Assembly (NCBI GenBank): GCA_035254125.1
Contig: DATFAX010000051.1
Span: forward strand, 61,142 to 125,141
DNA from: Holophagaceae bacterium
GTDB lineage: Bacteria; Acidobacteriota; Holophagae; Holophagales; Holophagaceae
DNA length: 64,000 nt
Direction: 5' to 3'
The notes beneath the pieces were generated by a model, which was not told the DNA's origin, did no database searches, and saw only the letters and a list, made by a program, of their open reading frames with translations. Positions 27,617 to 35,981 of this stretch are shown here, piece by piece (position 1 is the first letter of the stretch; each line of letters opens with the position of its first letter). The translations under genes were made by a program, and so were the position numbers.

Positions 27617-29350
27617 ATGCCCCGCCCCGCCTGCCCACCGCAACCGACCCCTGCCTTCCGCGGCGCGGTGCAGGCTCAACTGGGTCGGGATCCGAGTCCC
27701 CTGGAGCTGGAGGGGGTGGCCCGATGGGCCCGGGCCGTCGCCGATGGGGAGGTTCTGGAGCGGACCTCGGATCTCCCGCCCCACCTGGGTACCCAGGGGG
27801 CCCTGCTCGCCGCCTTCGCATCGGATCCCGAGGAGGCCTGGCTGCGCCTGCGGACGCTGGGCGGATCCTCCCTCGCCCTCCTGGGCACCCCGGATCAGGC
27901 TGACGCCCTGGAGGCCTTCACCCTGGGCGTGGGCCTGGAGGCAGGCCCCCAGGGGACGCTCCCCGTGGCCTTTGCGGCCGGGTGCCGCTCGGGCTCCGAG
28001 GCACCTCCCACGGAGGCCACACGGGTGGTGCGTTTGGAGGGGCGCGCCCCGGAGGCCCTGGGACGCGGCGCCCAGGCGCGCGCCCTCGTCGGCCTCCCGA
28101 TGCTGTCCGCGGATCCGGCCACCCTGGTGGCCTGGGCCCTGGACCGGCAGGTGGCCCTGGAGGTGGATCTGGGGTCGGATCCCGGGCTTTGGGCGCTGTC
28201 CTTGGTGTCCCCGGAGCGGGTGGAGGAACTGGCCGGACATCTCGGGGCCTGGGGCCTCCGGGCCGTGACCGCGGGTCGCCTCACGGGGTGTGGGCGGATC
28301 CAGATCCGGGCGGGAGCCCGCGGGGAGGTGGACCTGCCCCTGGCCTTGGATCCCACGGGGGTGCCGGAGCCCTTTGCGGAGGGTGCCACGGCCCCCGCCA
28401 TCACCTCCGCCCTGCCACCGGATTTGAACGAAGGCGAGGTGGAGCGCACCTTCCACGCCCTGCGGACGTCGGAGGGCCCCCGGTCCCGCGCCCTGGGCGA
28501 AGCTCGGGAAGGCTCGGAATCCCTGGCCCTGAACGCCGGATCCCTCCCCCACCTCGTCGCCCTGGATCCCTATTGGGGAGCCGTGGCGACGGTGGCGGAA
28601 GCGTCCCTGGGGCTGGCCTGCGCCGGAGCCGAGCCCTTGGGGCTGGCCCTGGCGCTGCCCAGGGAGGTGCCCCCCGGCCTCCTGCTGGGGCTCCGTCAAG
28701 CCGCCGTGAGCCTGGAGCTGCCCGTGCTGGAGCTCGAGCGGATCGAGGGCCTCGCCGCACCGGTGGCGGTGGCCCTGGGGGAGTTCGCCCCAGGGGCCGG
28801 CCCCGTGGACGTGGAGGCGCCGGAGGCCCGCGGCCTGTCGGGCGTGGCTCCGCGGATCTGCGGTGCCGCCTTCCGGCGGGCCTTCGACGGGCTCTTCCTG
28901 CTCGGGGCGCGGCGGGGGGAGCTGGGAGGCAGCCGGATTCTGGACTTCCGGGGGGGCGTGGACCTGTGTCCCGAGCCCTGGCTCGATGCGGACTTCCACC
29001 TCCAGGCCTGCGTGCGTGAGGGGGTGCGCCTGGGGCTGCTTCGGAGCGCGCATGCCCTGGGCCGCGGGGGCCTGCTCCTGGCGGTGCTGGAGGGCGTCCG
29101 GGCTTCGGGGCTCGGGTGCCAGCTGTTCTTGGGTCGCGAAGGCCTGCGGTTGGATGCCCTCTGCTTCGGCGAGGCTCCGGGGCGGGTGCTGGTCTCCGTG
29201 AGCGCGGAGGGGGAGAGCGCCCTGCGCACCCTGGCCCGCACCCATCAGGTGCCCCTCGCCAAGGTGGGCGTGGTGGGCGGCCCGCACTTCACGGTGGCCG
29301 TGGACGGTGCGCCCCTGCTGGAGGTGGCGCTGTCGGAGCTGACGGACTAG
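27617..29350 (+). CDS. PurL-like / PurM-superfamily (AIR-synthase-related) protein with degenerate catalytic motifs
   Basis: Met 52 of ORF 27464..29350. DPYWGAVATVAEASLGLACAGAEPLGLALAL, LFLLGARRGELGGS, GLLRSAHALGRGGLLLAVLEG and LFGEAPGRVLVSV follow the order of small-PurL C-terminal-half motifs. The usual acidic and His residues (SAHDxSDGG, DHNHPS) are replaced. Confidence 0.5.
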   Translation: MPRPACPPQPTPAFRGAVQAQLGRDPSPLELEGVARWARAVADGEVLERTSDLPPHLGTQGALLAAFASDPEEAWLRLRTLGGSSLALLGTPDQADALEAFTLGVGLEAGPQGTLPVAFAAGCRSGSEAPPTEATRVVRLEGRAPEALGRGAQARALVGLPMLSADPATLVAWALDRQVALEVDLGSDPGLWALSLVSPERVEELAGHLGAWGLRAVTAGRLTGCGRIQIRAGARGEVDLPLALDPTGVPEPFAEGATAPAITSALPPDLNEGEVERTFHALRTSEGPRSRALGEAREGSESLALNAGSLPHLVALDPYWGAVATVAEASLGLACAGAEPLGLALALPREVPPGLLLGLRQAAVSLELPVLELERIEGLAAPVAVALGEFAPGAGPVDVEAPEARGLSGVAPRICGAAFRRAFDGLFLLGARRGELGGSRILDFRGGVDLCPEPWLDADFHLQACVREGVRLGLLRSAHALGRGGLLLAVLEGVRASGLGCQLFLGREGLRLDALCFGEAPGRVLVSVSAEGESALRTLARTHQVPLAKVGVVGGPHFTVAVDGAPLLEVALSELTD

Positions 29351-29508
29351 CAGGGCCTCCGGCCGCCCCCGAAGAGGCTCCGGAAGGTCCACCCGACGAG
29401 GCGGAAGGGAATCCCCAGCAGCCACAGGATGGGGGCGAGGAGGGCCACCAGCAGGGCCAGGGGCCAGCAGAGCACGAGCAGGATGCACCAGAGGATGAAG
29501 GCGGCCAT
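29347..29508 (-). CDS. Small hydrophobic membrane protein (53 aa)
   Basis: Met 26 of ORF 29347..29583(-), preceded by GGAGGG. MAAFILWCILLVLCWPLALLVALLAPILWLLGIPFRLVGW gives two TM segments. The stop shares a CTAG with the PurL-like gene. Confidence 0.5.
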   Translation of the reverse strand: MAAFILWCILLVLCWPLALLVALLAPILWLLGIPFRLVGWTFRSLFGGGRRPC

Positions 29509-29654
29509 GGAACCCTCCGCTCCCCAAGGTCGGGTGCGGGCGCCGTGGCCGGGCCTTCCTTTCGGCCAACGGCACCCCTCCACCGGCGGATGAAGGGGCT
29601 GAGGTCGGTTGGGCCATCCGGTCTATCCTGGGGCACCCCCTTCCGAGGTGTCGC

Positions 29655-31238
29655 ATGGCCATCGACGACGGTCTGGACCGCCGATCCTTCATCGGAACCG
29701 CCCTGGCGGTGGGCGCCGCGGCGGCGCTGCCCCTGGAGGCCAAGCCGGCCCGCATCAAGGTGGACGTGACCCGCATGGACCTGGCGGCCCTGGCCCAGGG
29801 CATGGCGGAGAAGCGCTTCACGAGCGTGGACCTGGTGACGGCGTACACGGAGCGGATCCGGATCGTGGACCGCAACCTCCACGCGGTGCTCGAGCTGAAC
29901 CCCGATGCCCCGCGCATCGCGGCCGCCCTGGATCGGGAGCGGAAGGAGGGGCGCGTGCGGGGCCCCCTCCATGGCATCCCGGTGCTCCTGAAGGACAACC
30001 TCGACACGGCGGACCGCATGAAGACGACGGCGGGTTCCGTGGCGCTGCTGCGGGCCCCCGCGCCGAAGACGGATGCGTTCGTGGTGGCGCAGCTCCGGCA
30101 GGCGGGCGCCGTGATCCTGGGGAAGACGAACCTCAGCGAGTGGGCCAACTTCCGCTCCACCCACAGCATCAGCGGCTGGAGCGGCCGGGGCGGCCTCACC
30201 CGAAATCCCCACGCCCTGGACCGCAACTGCTCCGGCTCCAGCTCCGGGTCCGGGGCCGCCATGGCCGCCAGCCTCTGCGCGGCGGCCGTGGGCACGGAGA
30301 CGGACGGCTCCATCGTGAGCCCCGCCCAGATCTGCGGGGTCGTCGGCCTCAAACCCACCGTGGGGCTGGTGAGCCGGGCCGGCATCATCCCCATCTCCCA
30401 CTCCCAGGACACGGCGGGCCCCATGACCCGCACCGTGCGGGATGCCGCCCTGCTGCTCTCCGCCATGGCGGGCGTGGACCCGGGGGATGCGGCGACCATC
30501 GCGGCCGCGGGGAACCTCCGTGCGGACTACACCACCTTCCTCCAGCCCGAGGGCCTGAAGGGGGCACGGCTCGGCGTCCTCAAGAACTACAACGGGATCC
30601 ACCCCGGGGTGGATGGGGCCATGGCCCCCGCCTTCGAGAAGCTCCGGTCACTCGGCGCGGTCCTCGTGGACGTGGAGCTGAAATCTTCCGGCTTCGAGGC
30701 GGCCGAGCAGGAGGTGATGCTCTACGAGTTCAAGGCGGGCCTCAATGCCTACCTGGCCCGGCGCGGGGGCCCCATGAAGGATCTGGAAGCCCTCATTGCC
30801 TTCAACCGGAAGGAGGCGAAGCGGGAGATGCCCCTCTTCGCCCAGGAACTGTTCGAGCAGGCCCAGGCCAAGGGCCCCCTCACGGAGGAGGCCTACCTCC
30901 GGGCCCTGGAGCTCTGCCGCAAGGGGGCCCGCACCGAGGGAATCGACGCCGTGATGGACCGAGAGAAGCTGGACGCGCTCGTCGCACCCACCGGCAGTCC
31001 CGCCTGGCTCACGGACCCCGTGAACGGGGACGCCTTCGGATTCAGCTGCTCCACCCTGGCGGCGGTGGCGGGCTATCCCCACCTCACCGTGCCGGCGGGC
31101 ACCGTGCACGGCCTGCCCGTGGCCCTCTCCTTCATGGGCCGCGCCTGGAGCGAAGGCACCCTCCTGCGCTTCGGCCACGCCTTCGAACAGGCCATGAAGG
31201 GGCGGCGGGAGCCCCGCTTCAGGCCCCATTCGGTCTGA
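29655..31238 (+). CDS. Amidase-signature family amidase, Tat-exported
   Basis: 527 aa. Twin-arginine signal (DRRSFIGTALAVGAAAA), conserved Lys context GIPVLLKDN, and the CSGSSSGSGAAMAA signature (GGSS[GS]G-type). Confidence 0.85.
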   Translation: MAIDDGLDRRSFIGTALAVGAAAALPLEAKPARIKVDVTRMDLAALAQGMAEKRFTSVDLVTAYTERIRIVDRNLHAVLELNPDAPRIAAALDRERKEGRVRGPLHGIPVLLKDNLDTADRMKTTAGSVALLRAPAPKTDAFVVAQLRQAGAVILGKTNLSEWANFRSTHSISGWSGRGGLTRNPHALDRNCSGSSSGSGAAMAASLCAAAVGTETDGSIVSPAQICGVVGLKPTVGLVSRAGIIPISHSQDTAGPMTRTVRDAALLLSAMAGVDPGDAATIAAAGNLRADYTTFLQPEGLKGARLGVLKNYNGIHPGVDGAMAPAFEKLRSLGAVLVDVELKSSGFEAAEQEVMLYEFKAGLNAYLARRGGPMKDLEALIAFNRKEAKREMPLFAQELFEQAQAKGPLTEEAYLRALELCRKGARTEGIDAVMDREKLDALVAPTGSPAWLTDPVNGDAFGFSCSTLAAVAGYPHLTVPAGTVHGLPVALSFMGRAWSEGTLLRFGHAFEQAMKGRREPRFRPHSV

Positions 31239-31307
31239 CCCCGATTCGTCCTTGATCCGGGCGGGGGCCTTGGCCACCCTGAAGGTCCCTTTTCCACGGA
31301 GGCTTCC

Positions 31308-31586
31308 ATGAAGCTCGCGCTCCTCGCCCTGATGGGCACCCTCGCTTTCGCTCAGGCGCCCGCCAAGAAGGCCGCTCCCGCTCCGGCCCCCAAGGCCGCC
31401 CCCGCCCCCGCGCCGAAGGCCGCGCCCGTGGCCGGTGGCTTCATCGGCAACAAGGACTCCAAGATCGTGCACAAGGCCGACTGCAAGACCGCCGCGAAGA
31501 TGAAGGCCGAAAACAAGGTGACCTTCGGCTCCATGGCCGAGGCCGAGAAGGCCGGCTACAAGGCCTGCAAGGTCTGCAAGCCCTGA
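31308..31586 (+). CDS. Small secreted protein with Ada-like/'sunset'-type Cys motif
   Basis: 92 aa. Signal peptide, (APAPAPKA)n linker, then IVHKADCKTAAKMKAENKVTFGSMAEAEKAGYKACKVCKP, which fits the pattern YH..C......N...F.S..EA..AGY.PCK.C.P. GGAGG RBS. Confidence 0.65.
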   Translation: MKLALLALMGTLAFAQAPAKKAAPAPAPKAAPAPAPKAAPVAGGFIGNKDSKIVHKADCKTAAKMKAENKVTFGSMAEAEKAGYKACKVCKP

Positions 31587-31609
31587 CCCCCCCAATCCAA
31601 GGAGATCCC

Positions 31610-31966
31610 ATGAAGCTGTCCCTGCTCCTCATCGCCGCCACCCTCACCCTGGGCGCCCAGGACCTCGATGCCATGAAGGCCGCCGCCAAGGCCAAGGTGG
31701 ACCAGAAGGTGGACGAGACCCAGGCCAAGGTGGACCAGAAGGCCGACGCAACGAAGGCCAAGGCTGACGCCAAGGCCACGGAAGCCAAGCAGAAGGTGGA
31801 CAAGAAGGCCGAGGGCACCATGGCCGCCGACAAGGTGAAGGGCGCCACCGCCACCGCGGAAGGCGCCACCAAGGGCACCGGGGAGAAGGCCAAGGCCAAA
31901 ACCAAGAAGGGCAGCGCCAAGGCCGCCGCCAAGACCAAGGCCGCCACGGCCAAGGTCGCCCAGTAG
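31610..31966 (+). CDS. Secreted Lys/Ala-rich low-complexity protein (LEA-like repeats)
   Basis: 118 aa, AAGGAG RBS, signal peptide MKLSLLLIAATLTLGAQ, then repeats of the AKVDQK / KAKADAK type. Confidence 0.6.
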   Translation: MKLSLLLIAATLTLGAQDLDAMKAAAKAKVDQKVDETQAKVDQKADATKAKADAKATEAKQKVDKKAEGTMAADKVKGATATAEGATKGTGEKAKAKTKKGSAKAAAKTKAATAKVAQ

Positions 31967-31980
31967 CCCTTACCGCCATG

Positions 31981-32011
31981 AAAAAGCGCCGGCCCGGGGC
32001 CGGCGCTTTTT
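31981..32011. terminator. Bidirectional rho-independent terminator
   Basis: aaaaagcgccggcc-cgg-ggccggcgcttttt: a perfect 14-bp stem flanked by an A-run and a T-run. Lies between convergent stops 31966(+) and 32025(-). Confidence 0.9.
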
Positions 32012-32024
32012 CATGGGAAGTCCC

Positions 32025-32888
32025 TCAGTCCTTCTTCTTGCTGAACTGCCGCTCGTAAGCCTCCTCGGCGTACTCGCTGGGGGGCACGCCGAAGCGGCGT
32101 TTGAAGGCGCGGGTGAAGGCGCTGGCGTCGTAGAAGCCGAGCATCTTCGCCACGTCGCTGGGGCGCTCGCCATTGGCCAGCAGGGTTACGGCGCGCTGCA
32201 GGCGGCGCTCGATGAGGTACTGGTGGGGGGTGGTGCTCGTGGCCTCGCGGAAGAGGCGGATGAAATGGTCCGGCGTGCAGCGGGCCATGGTGGCCAACTC
32301 GGGCACGCTGTTCTTCTGCCCGATGTGGGCTTCCATGTGGTCCAGCACGAGCTGGAGCGTGGAGCGGTTCAGGCGGTAGGGGAAGCGGCCCCGGTCCTCC
32401 TTCTCCGTGAGGCGGCTCATCTCGGCGCCCAGGAGGATGAGGAAGAGCTCGCGGGTCATGAGCTGCACGCCATCGGGGTTGGTGAGCTCGGACACGAAGA
32501 TGTTGAAGAGCTGCTTGAGGCTCAGGCTGCGCAGCACGGCGAAGCTGGCCTCCTGCCACTTGCGGGGCGGGTGCTGCAGCGCGCCGAGCAGGGGCTCGGG
32601 GAAGGGGCCTTCCAGGTAGAGGGCCGTGAAGCCGAAGGGCTGATCCTCCTGGTGCCGCTTCAGCGTGTGGCCGAAGCCCGGCAATAGCAGGGCCAGATCC
32701 CCGCGGCGGATGATGCCCTCTTCCCGATCCTCGGCCGTGAACACGCGCACGGCCGTGCTGGGCTGGATGAGGGTCCAGGCGTCCCGACCGGGCATGGCCC
32801 GCGGCGGCACGGGGTCCTTCTTCAGCTGCACCAGCTTCAGGGGACCACTGGTATGGATCTGGATGTTTTTCGAGTCCTGATCGTTCAT
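32025..32888 (-). CDS. AraC-family transcriptional regulator (cupin-like N-domain + HTH)
   Basis: Met 25 of ORF 32025..32960(-). The C-terminal SVPELATMARCTPDHFIRLFREATSTTPHQYLIERRLQRAVTLL...VAKMLGFYDASAFTRAFKRRFGVPPSEY is a typical AraC double HTH. Confidence 0.85.
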   Translation of the reverse strand: MNDQDSKNIQIHTSGPLKLVQLKKDPVPPRAMPGRDAWTLIQPSTAVRVFTAEDREEGIIRRGDLALLLPGFGHTLKRHQEDQPFGFTALYLEGPFPEPLLGALQHPPRKWQEASFAVLRSLSLKQLFNIFVSELTNPDGVQLMTRELFLILLGAEMSRLTEKEDRGRFPYRLNRSTLQLVLDHMEAHIGQKNSVPELATMARCTPDHFIRLFREATSTTPHQYLIERRLQRAVTLLANGERPSDVAKMLGFYDASAFTRAFKRRFGVPPSEYAEEAYERQFSKKKD

Positions 32889-33099
32889 GGCCGTGGAATA
32901 AAAAGAGGGAACAGTCCCTATCAACGGTAAGCGTGACAGGAAAATTTCCACGGGTCCCAATCTTTTTTCGTAGGAATCGAGCCGGATTTCGGGGGAATGT
33001 GTCCAACTCCACAGGAATCCATCCCGTCTGACTCACGCCGCGAGGGTGGTCACGCCGCTGGACGGCCCCGGGCAAGCCGCCGGCCGGGGGGTAGCCAGC

Positions 33100-34095
33100 T
33101 CAGCGCAGTCGGACCTGGTTGAGGCGCAGGAGGTCGGCGGGTAGGGGGAGGGCGCCGAAGGCCACCACTTCGGCCTGGCCCTCCTTGGACAGGATGAAGC
33201 GCAGGAATTCCGAGGTGCCCGGATCCAAGGGCTTCCCGGGGGCCTTGTTCACATAGATATAGAGGAAGCGGTACAGGGGGTAGCGCCCACTGAGGATGTT
33301 CGCGGGCGTCGGGGGGATGGCCTCGGACCCGCCGAAATCGACCAGGGGCACCTGGCGGACCTGGCCGATGCGGTGCTGGATGGGACCGTAGCCCACCCCG
33401 CCAGCATCCGTGGCCAGGGCCTCGAGGATGGCGAACTGGTCGGCCATGGCCTTCACCTCTTCCTTGAACTCCCCCTTCCGGAGGACATGCTCCCGGAAGA
33501 AGGCCCGGGTGCCGCTGTTCTCATCCCGTCCGTAGGGGTGGACCTCGCGGCCCTTCCACTCCCCGGAGAGGCCGAGGTCGCCCCAGGCGGCCACGGCCAT
33601 GGGATGGCCGCCTTTCCGCTGCTGGCCGAACAGGGCGTCCACCTCGGGCAGGCTCAGCCGGGAGATGGGGTTGTTGGCATTCACATAGACCGCCAGCGCA
33701 TCGGCCGCCACGACGATCCGCAAGGGGTCGTAGCCGAACTTGGCGCGGAAAGCGGCGAGCTCCTCGGAGGTCATCTCGCGGCTCATGTGACCCAGCAGGG
33801 TCTCGCCCGCCAGGAGGGCCTTGGGGGCGGTCGCCGACCCCTTGCACCGGAGTTCCAGGTCCGACTTGGGATGCCGGGCCTTGAAATCCAGGGCCCAGAG
33901 CATCATCAGGGGCTCCATGGAGTCGGAGCCCACACAGCGCACGGGGCCTTCCACCGCCCGCTCGGCGACGTAGGGCTGGGGCCCCGGGGGCTCGGAACGG
34001 GGCGCCGCGGCCTCCACGACCGCCTTCCCGGGCTCGATGGACACCGGTTGGCAGCCCAGGAACAGACCGAGCACCAGCACTGAACACACCCTCAT
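33100..34095 (-). CDS. PstS-family (PBP-like_2) phosphate-binding lipoprotein
   Basis: Met 8 of ORF 33100..34116(-). Lipobox LFLGC. GSDSMEPLM...GSATAP...NSGTR...RYPLYRFLYIYVN matches the periplasmic phosphate-binding fold pattern. Confidence 0.75.
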   Translation of the reverse strand: MRVCSVLVLGLFLGCQPVSIEPGKAVVEAAAPRSEPPGPQPYVAERAVEGPVRCVGSDSMEPLMMLWALDFKARHPKSDLELRCKGSATAPKALLAGETLLGHMSREMTSEELAAFRAKFGYDPLRIVVAADALAVYVNANNPISRLSLPEVDALFGQQRKGGHPMAVAAWGDLGLSGEWKGREVHPYGRDENSGTRAFFREHVLRKGEFKEEVKAMADQFAILEALATDAGGVGYGPIQHRIGQVRQVPLVDFGGSEAIPPTPANILSGRYPLYRFLYIYVNKAPGKPLDPGTSEFLRFILSKEGQAEVVAFGALPLPADLLRLNQVRLR

Positions 34096-34259
34096 TCGCG
34101 TCACGGGGACCTCCATGACCAGGGGGCCACACGGGCTTCACCCCGGAATGAAGGGACCGGAACTTTTCTGCGACGCGTGGTCCCCCACCGGCGTGGGAGC
34201 TGGTCATGCAAAGGGCCCGCGCAAGCGCGGGCCCGGGTGTGCGAAGTTCGGTTCGAGGG

Positions 34260-35609
34260 CTAGAAGGCGTAACGGATGCCCAGGCCCAGCGTGGCATTGC
34301 TGTCGTACAGGTAGCCCGCGATGGTGGTGTTCCCCAGGCCGCCGTCGGTGCTCACGGCCATGTAGCCCATGTAGGCATCGAAGGACTTGGTGAAGCGGTA
34401 ATCGAGCAGGAGGGAGGTGTACTTGGCGTTGCCGGCGTTGTTGGCGCCGTTCACGGTGAGGCCGCGGGAGAAGTCGTTCTGCTTCACGTGGTAGTAGCTC
34501 ACGCCGGCGTTGAACTTGTCAGTGACATCCCAGGCCGCGCCCAGCCAATACACGTCCAGCTTCTTCTCCATCTCCACGCCGCCGACGGTGTAGGGGGTGA
34601 CCTTCACGAGGCTGACGACCTGCCCGAAGAGGCTGGTGGTGTTCGCATCCTCGGTGGGGTTGCTGGGGTTGGTGTACTTCAGCTGCTGGTAGCCGCCCTT
34701 GATGAAGACGGGGCCGGCCTTGTAGCGGGCCGTCAGCATGGTGGCCTTGGTGTCATAGGCGGTGAGCACCACGGTGCCCACGGGCTGGGCGGGCACGGCG
34801 GTGGGGTCCGGGCTGCCGACGCTGAAGGCGTCCTTGTAGGTCTGGTAGGCCACCTGGATGCCGAAGGCACCGGGCTCCCAACCGAAGGAGATCTGGTCGG
34901 AGGACCGGGCGCTGGAGACGCCGGCCACGCCGCCGAACTTGTGCAGGAACGCCACGCTGAAGTCGCTCCACTTGCCCTTGTACTTGACGCTGTTGTCCAA
35001 GCGGCTGTTGTCCGTGGCACCGCCGCCCCCGTAGGTGCCGGAGTAGCCGATGGGCGTGAAGAGCTGGGCGCCCTGGAGGGCGTCGTAGCCACCGATGATG
35101 TCCAGCATGAGGGCCGTGTGGCGGCCCAGGGTCAGGGTGCCGAAGTCCTTGTTGGAAACGCCCACGAAGGCGCCGCGGGAGAAGAGCTGGCCGGCGACGG
35201 CGGAATCCGCGTTCTGCTGCTCGGGGGTCTTGGCCTTGTTCTGGGCCACGCCCTGGGCGGCGTTGGCGACGCTGCCGGAGCGGAGGTTGATGGCGCCTTC
35301 CAGGGTGAAGAGCGCCTTCCAGTCGTTGCCGAGGTCCGTGGAGCCCTTCAGGCCCCAGCGGCTCTGGGAAATGCCGCCGTCGTACATGCCCGTGGCGGAC
35401 TTGTCGGCGTACTTGGCGACGGTGGGGTTGGCACCGAGGGGGTGGTAGCCGTCGAGGTCGAGGGAGTGATCCACCTTCGCCACGCCCACATCGAGGACGC
35501 CGTACAGCTGGACGCTGGAACCGCCCGAGGTGATCTGGAGGGCCGGCGCCTGGGCCAGCATGGGAACGCCCGCGCAGAGCGCGAAGGCGGCGGCAGAGAG
35601 AGTCTTCAT
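34260..35609 (-). CDS. Outer-membrane porin (Gram-negative porin superfamily)
   Basis: Met 35 of ORF 34260..35711(-). Signal peptide ending MLAQA, VQLYGVLDVGV first strand, alternating beta pattern throughout, C-terminal ...LGLGIRYAF with terminal Phe. Confidence 0.85.
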   Translation of the reverse strand: MKTLSAAAFALCAGVPMLAQAPALQITSGGSSVQLYGVLDVGVAKVDHSLDLDGYHPLGANPTVAKYADKSATGMYDGGISQSRWGLKGSTDLGNDWKALFTLEGAINLRSGSVANAAQGVAQNKAKTPEQQNADSAVAGQLFSRGAFVGVSNKDFGTLTLGRHTALMLDIIGGYDALQGAQLFTPIGYSGTYGGGGATDNSRLDNSVKYKGKWSDFSVAFLHKFGGVAGVSSARSSDQISFGWEPGAFGIQVAYQTYKDAFSVGSPDPTAVPAQPVGTVVLTAYDTKATMLTARYKAGPVFIKGGYQQLKYTNPSNPTEDANTTSLFGQVVSLVKVTPYTVGGVEMEKKLDVYWLGAAWDVTDKFNAGVSYYHVKQNDFSRGLTVNGANNAGNAKYTSLLLDYRFTKSFDAYMGYMAVSTDGGLGNTTIAGYLYDSNATLGLGIRYAF

Positions 35610-35830
35610 GGGGGCTCCAAAGTGGTTCGGTTCAGGAAGAGATTCCCAAGGCACTGTAACTCCCGTGTGAAAACGGAAAGGGCACAGCGGAAATATATTG
35701 AGCTTCGCCACACGGCGATTTCGGGCGTTCCAAACGCGGAATGCCGCTCCGGTTTTCGGATCAACCCATGGCTGATTACGACGTCGTTACGTCTGTGACG
35801 TCGGATGGCTTGGCAATAACCGAGCAATGG

Positions 35831-35852
35831 AAAAGCGCCCCGACGGGGGCGC
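35831..35852 (-). terminator. Rho-independent terminator of the RND efflux operon
   Basis: Minus strand reads GCGCCCC-CGTC-GGGGCGC followed by TTTTCC. Lies 130 nt downstream of the TolC-family stop (35982). Confidence 0.7.
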
Positions 35853-35981
35853 CTGAATTCCGGACTTGGGGCCTGGTCGCGGGGCAGTTGTGACGGGGAG
35901 CATTCGAGACCAGGCCTGCTTTCACGCTGAACGGGGAATCCCGACCCGGCGACCATGGATCGGGATGGGACGGAGCTGCCC

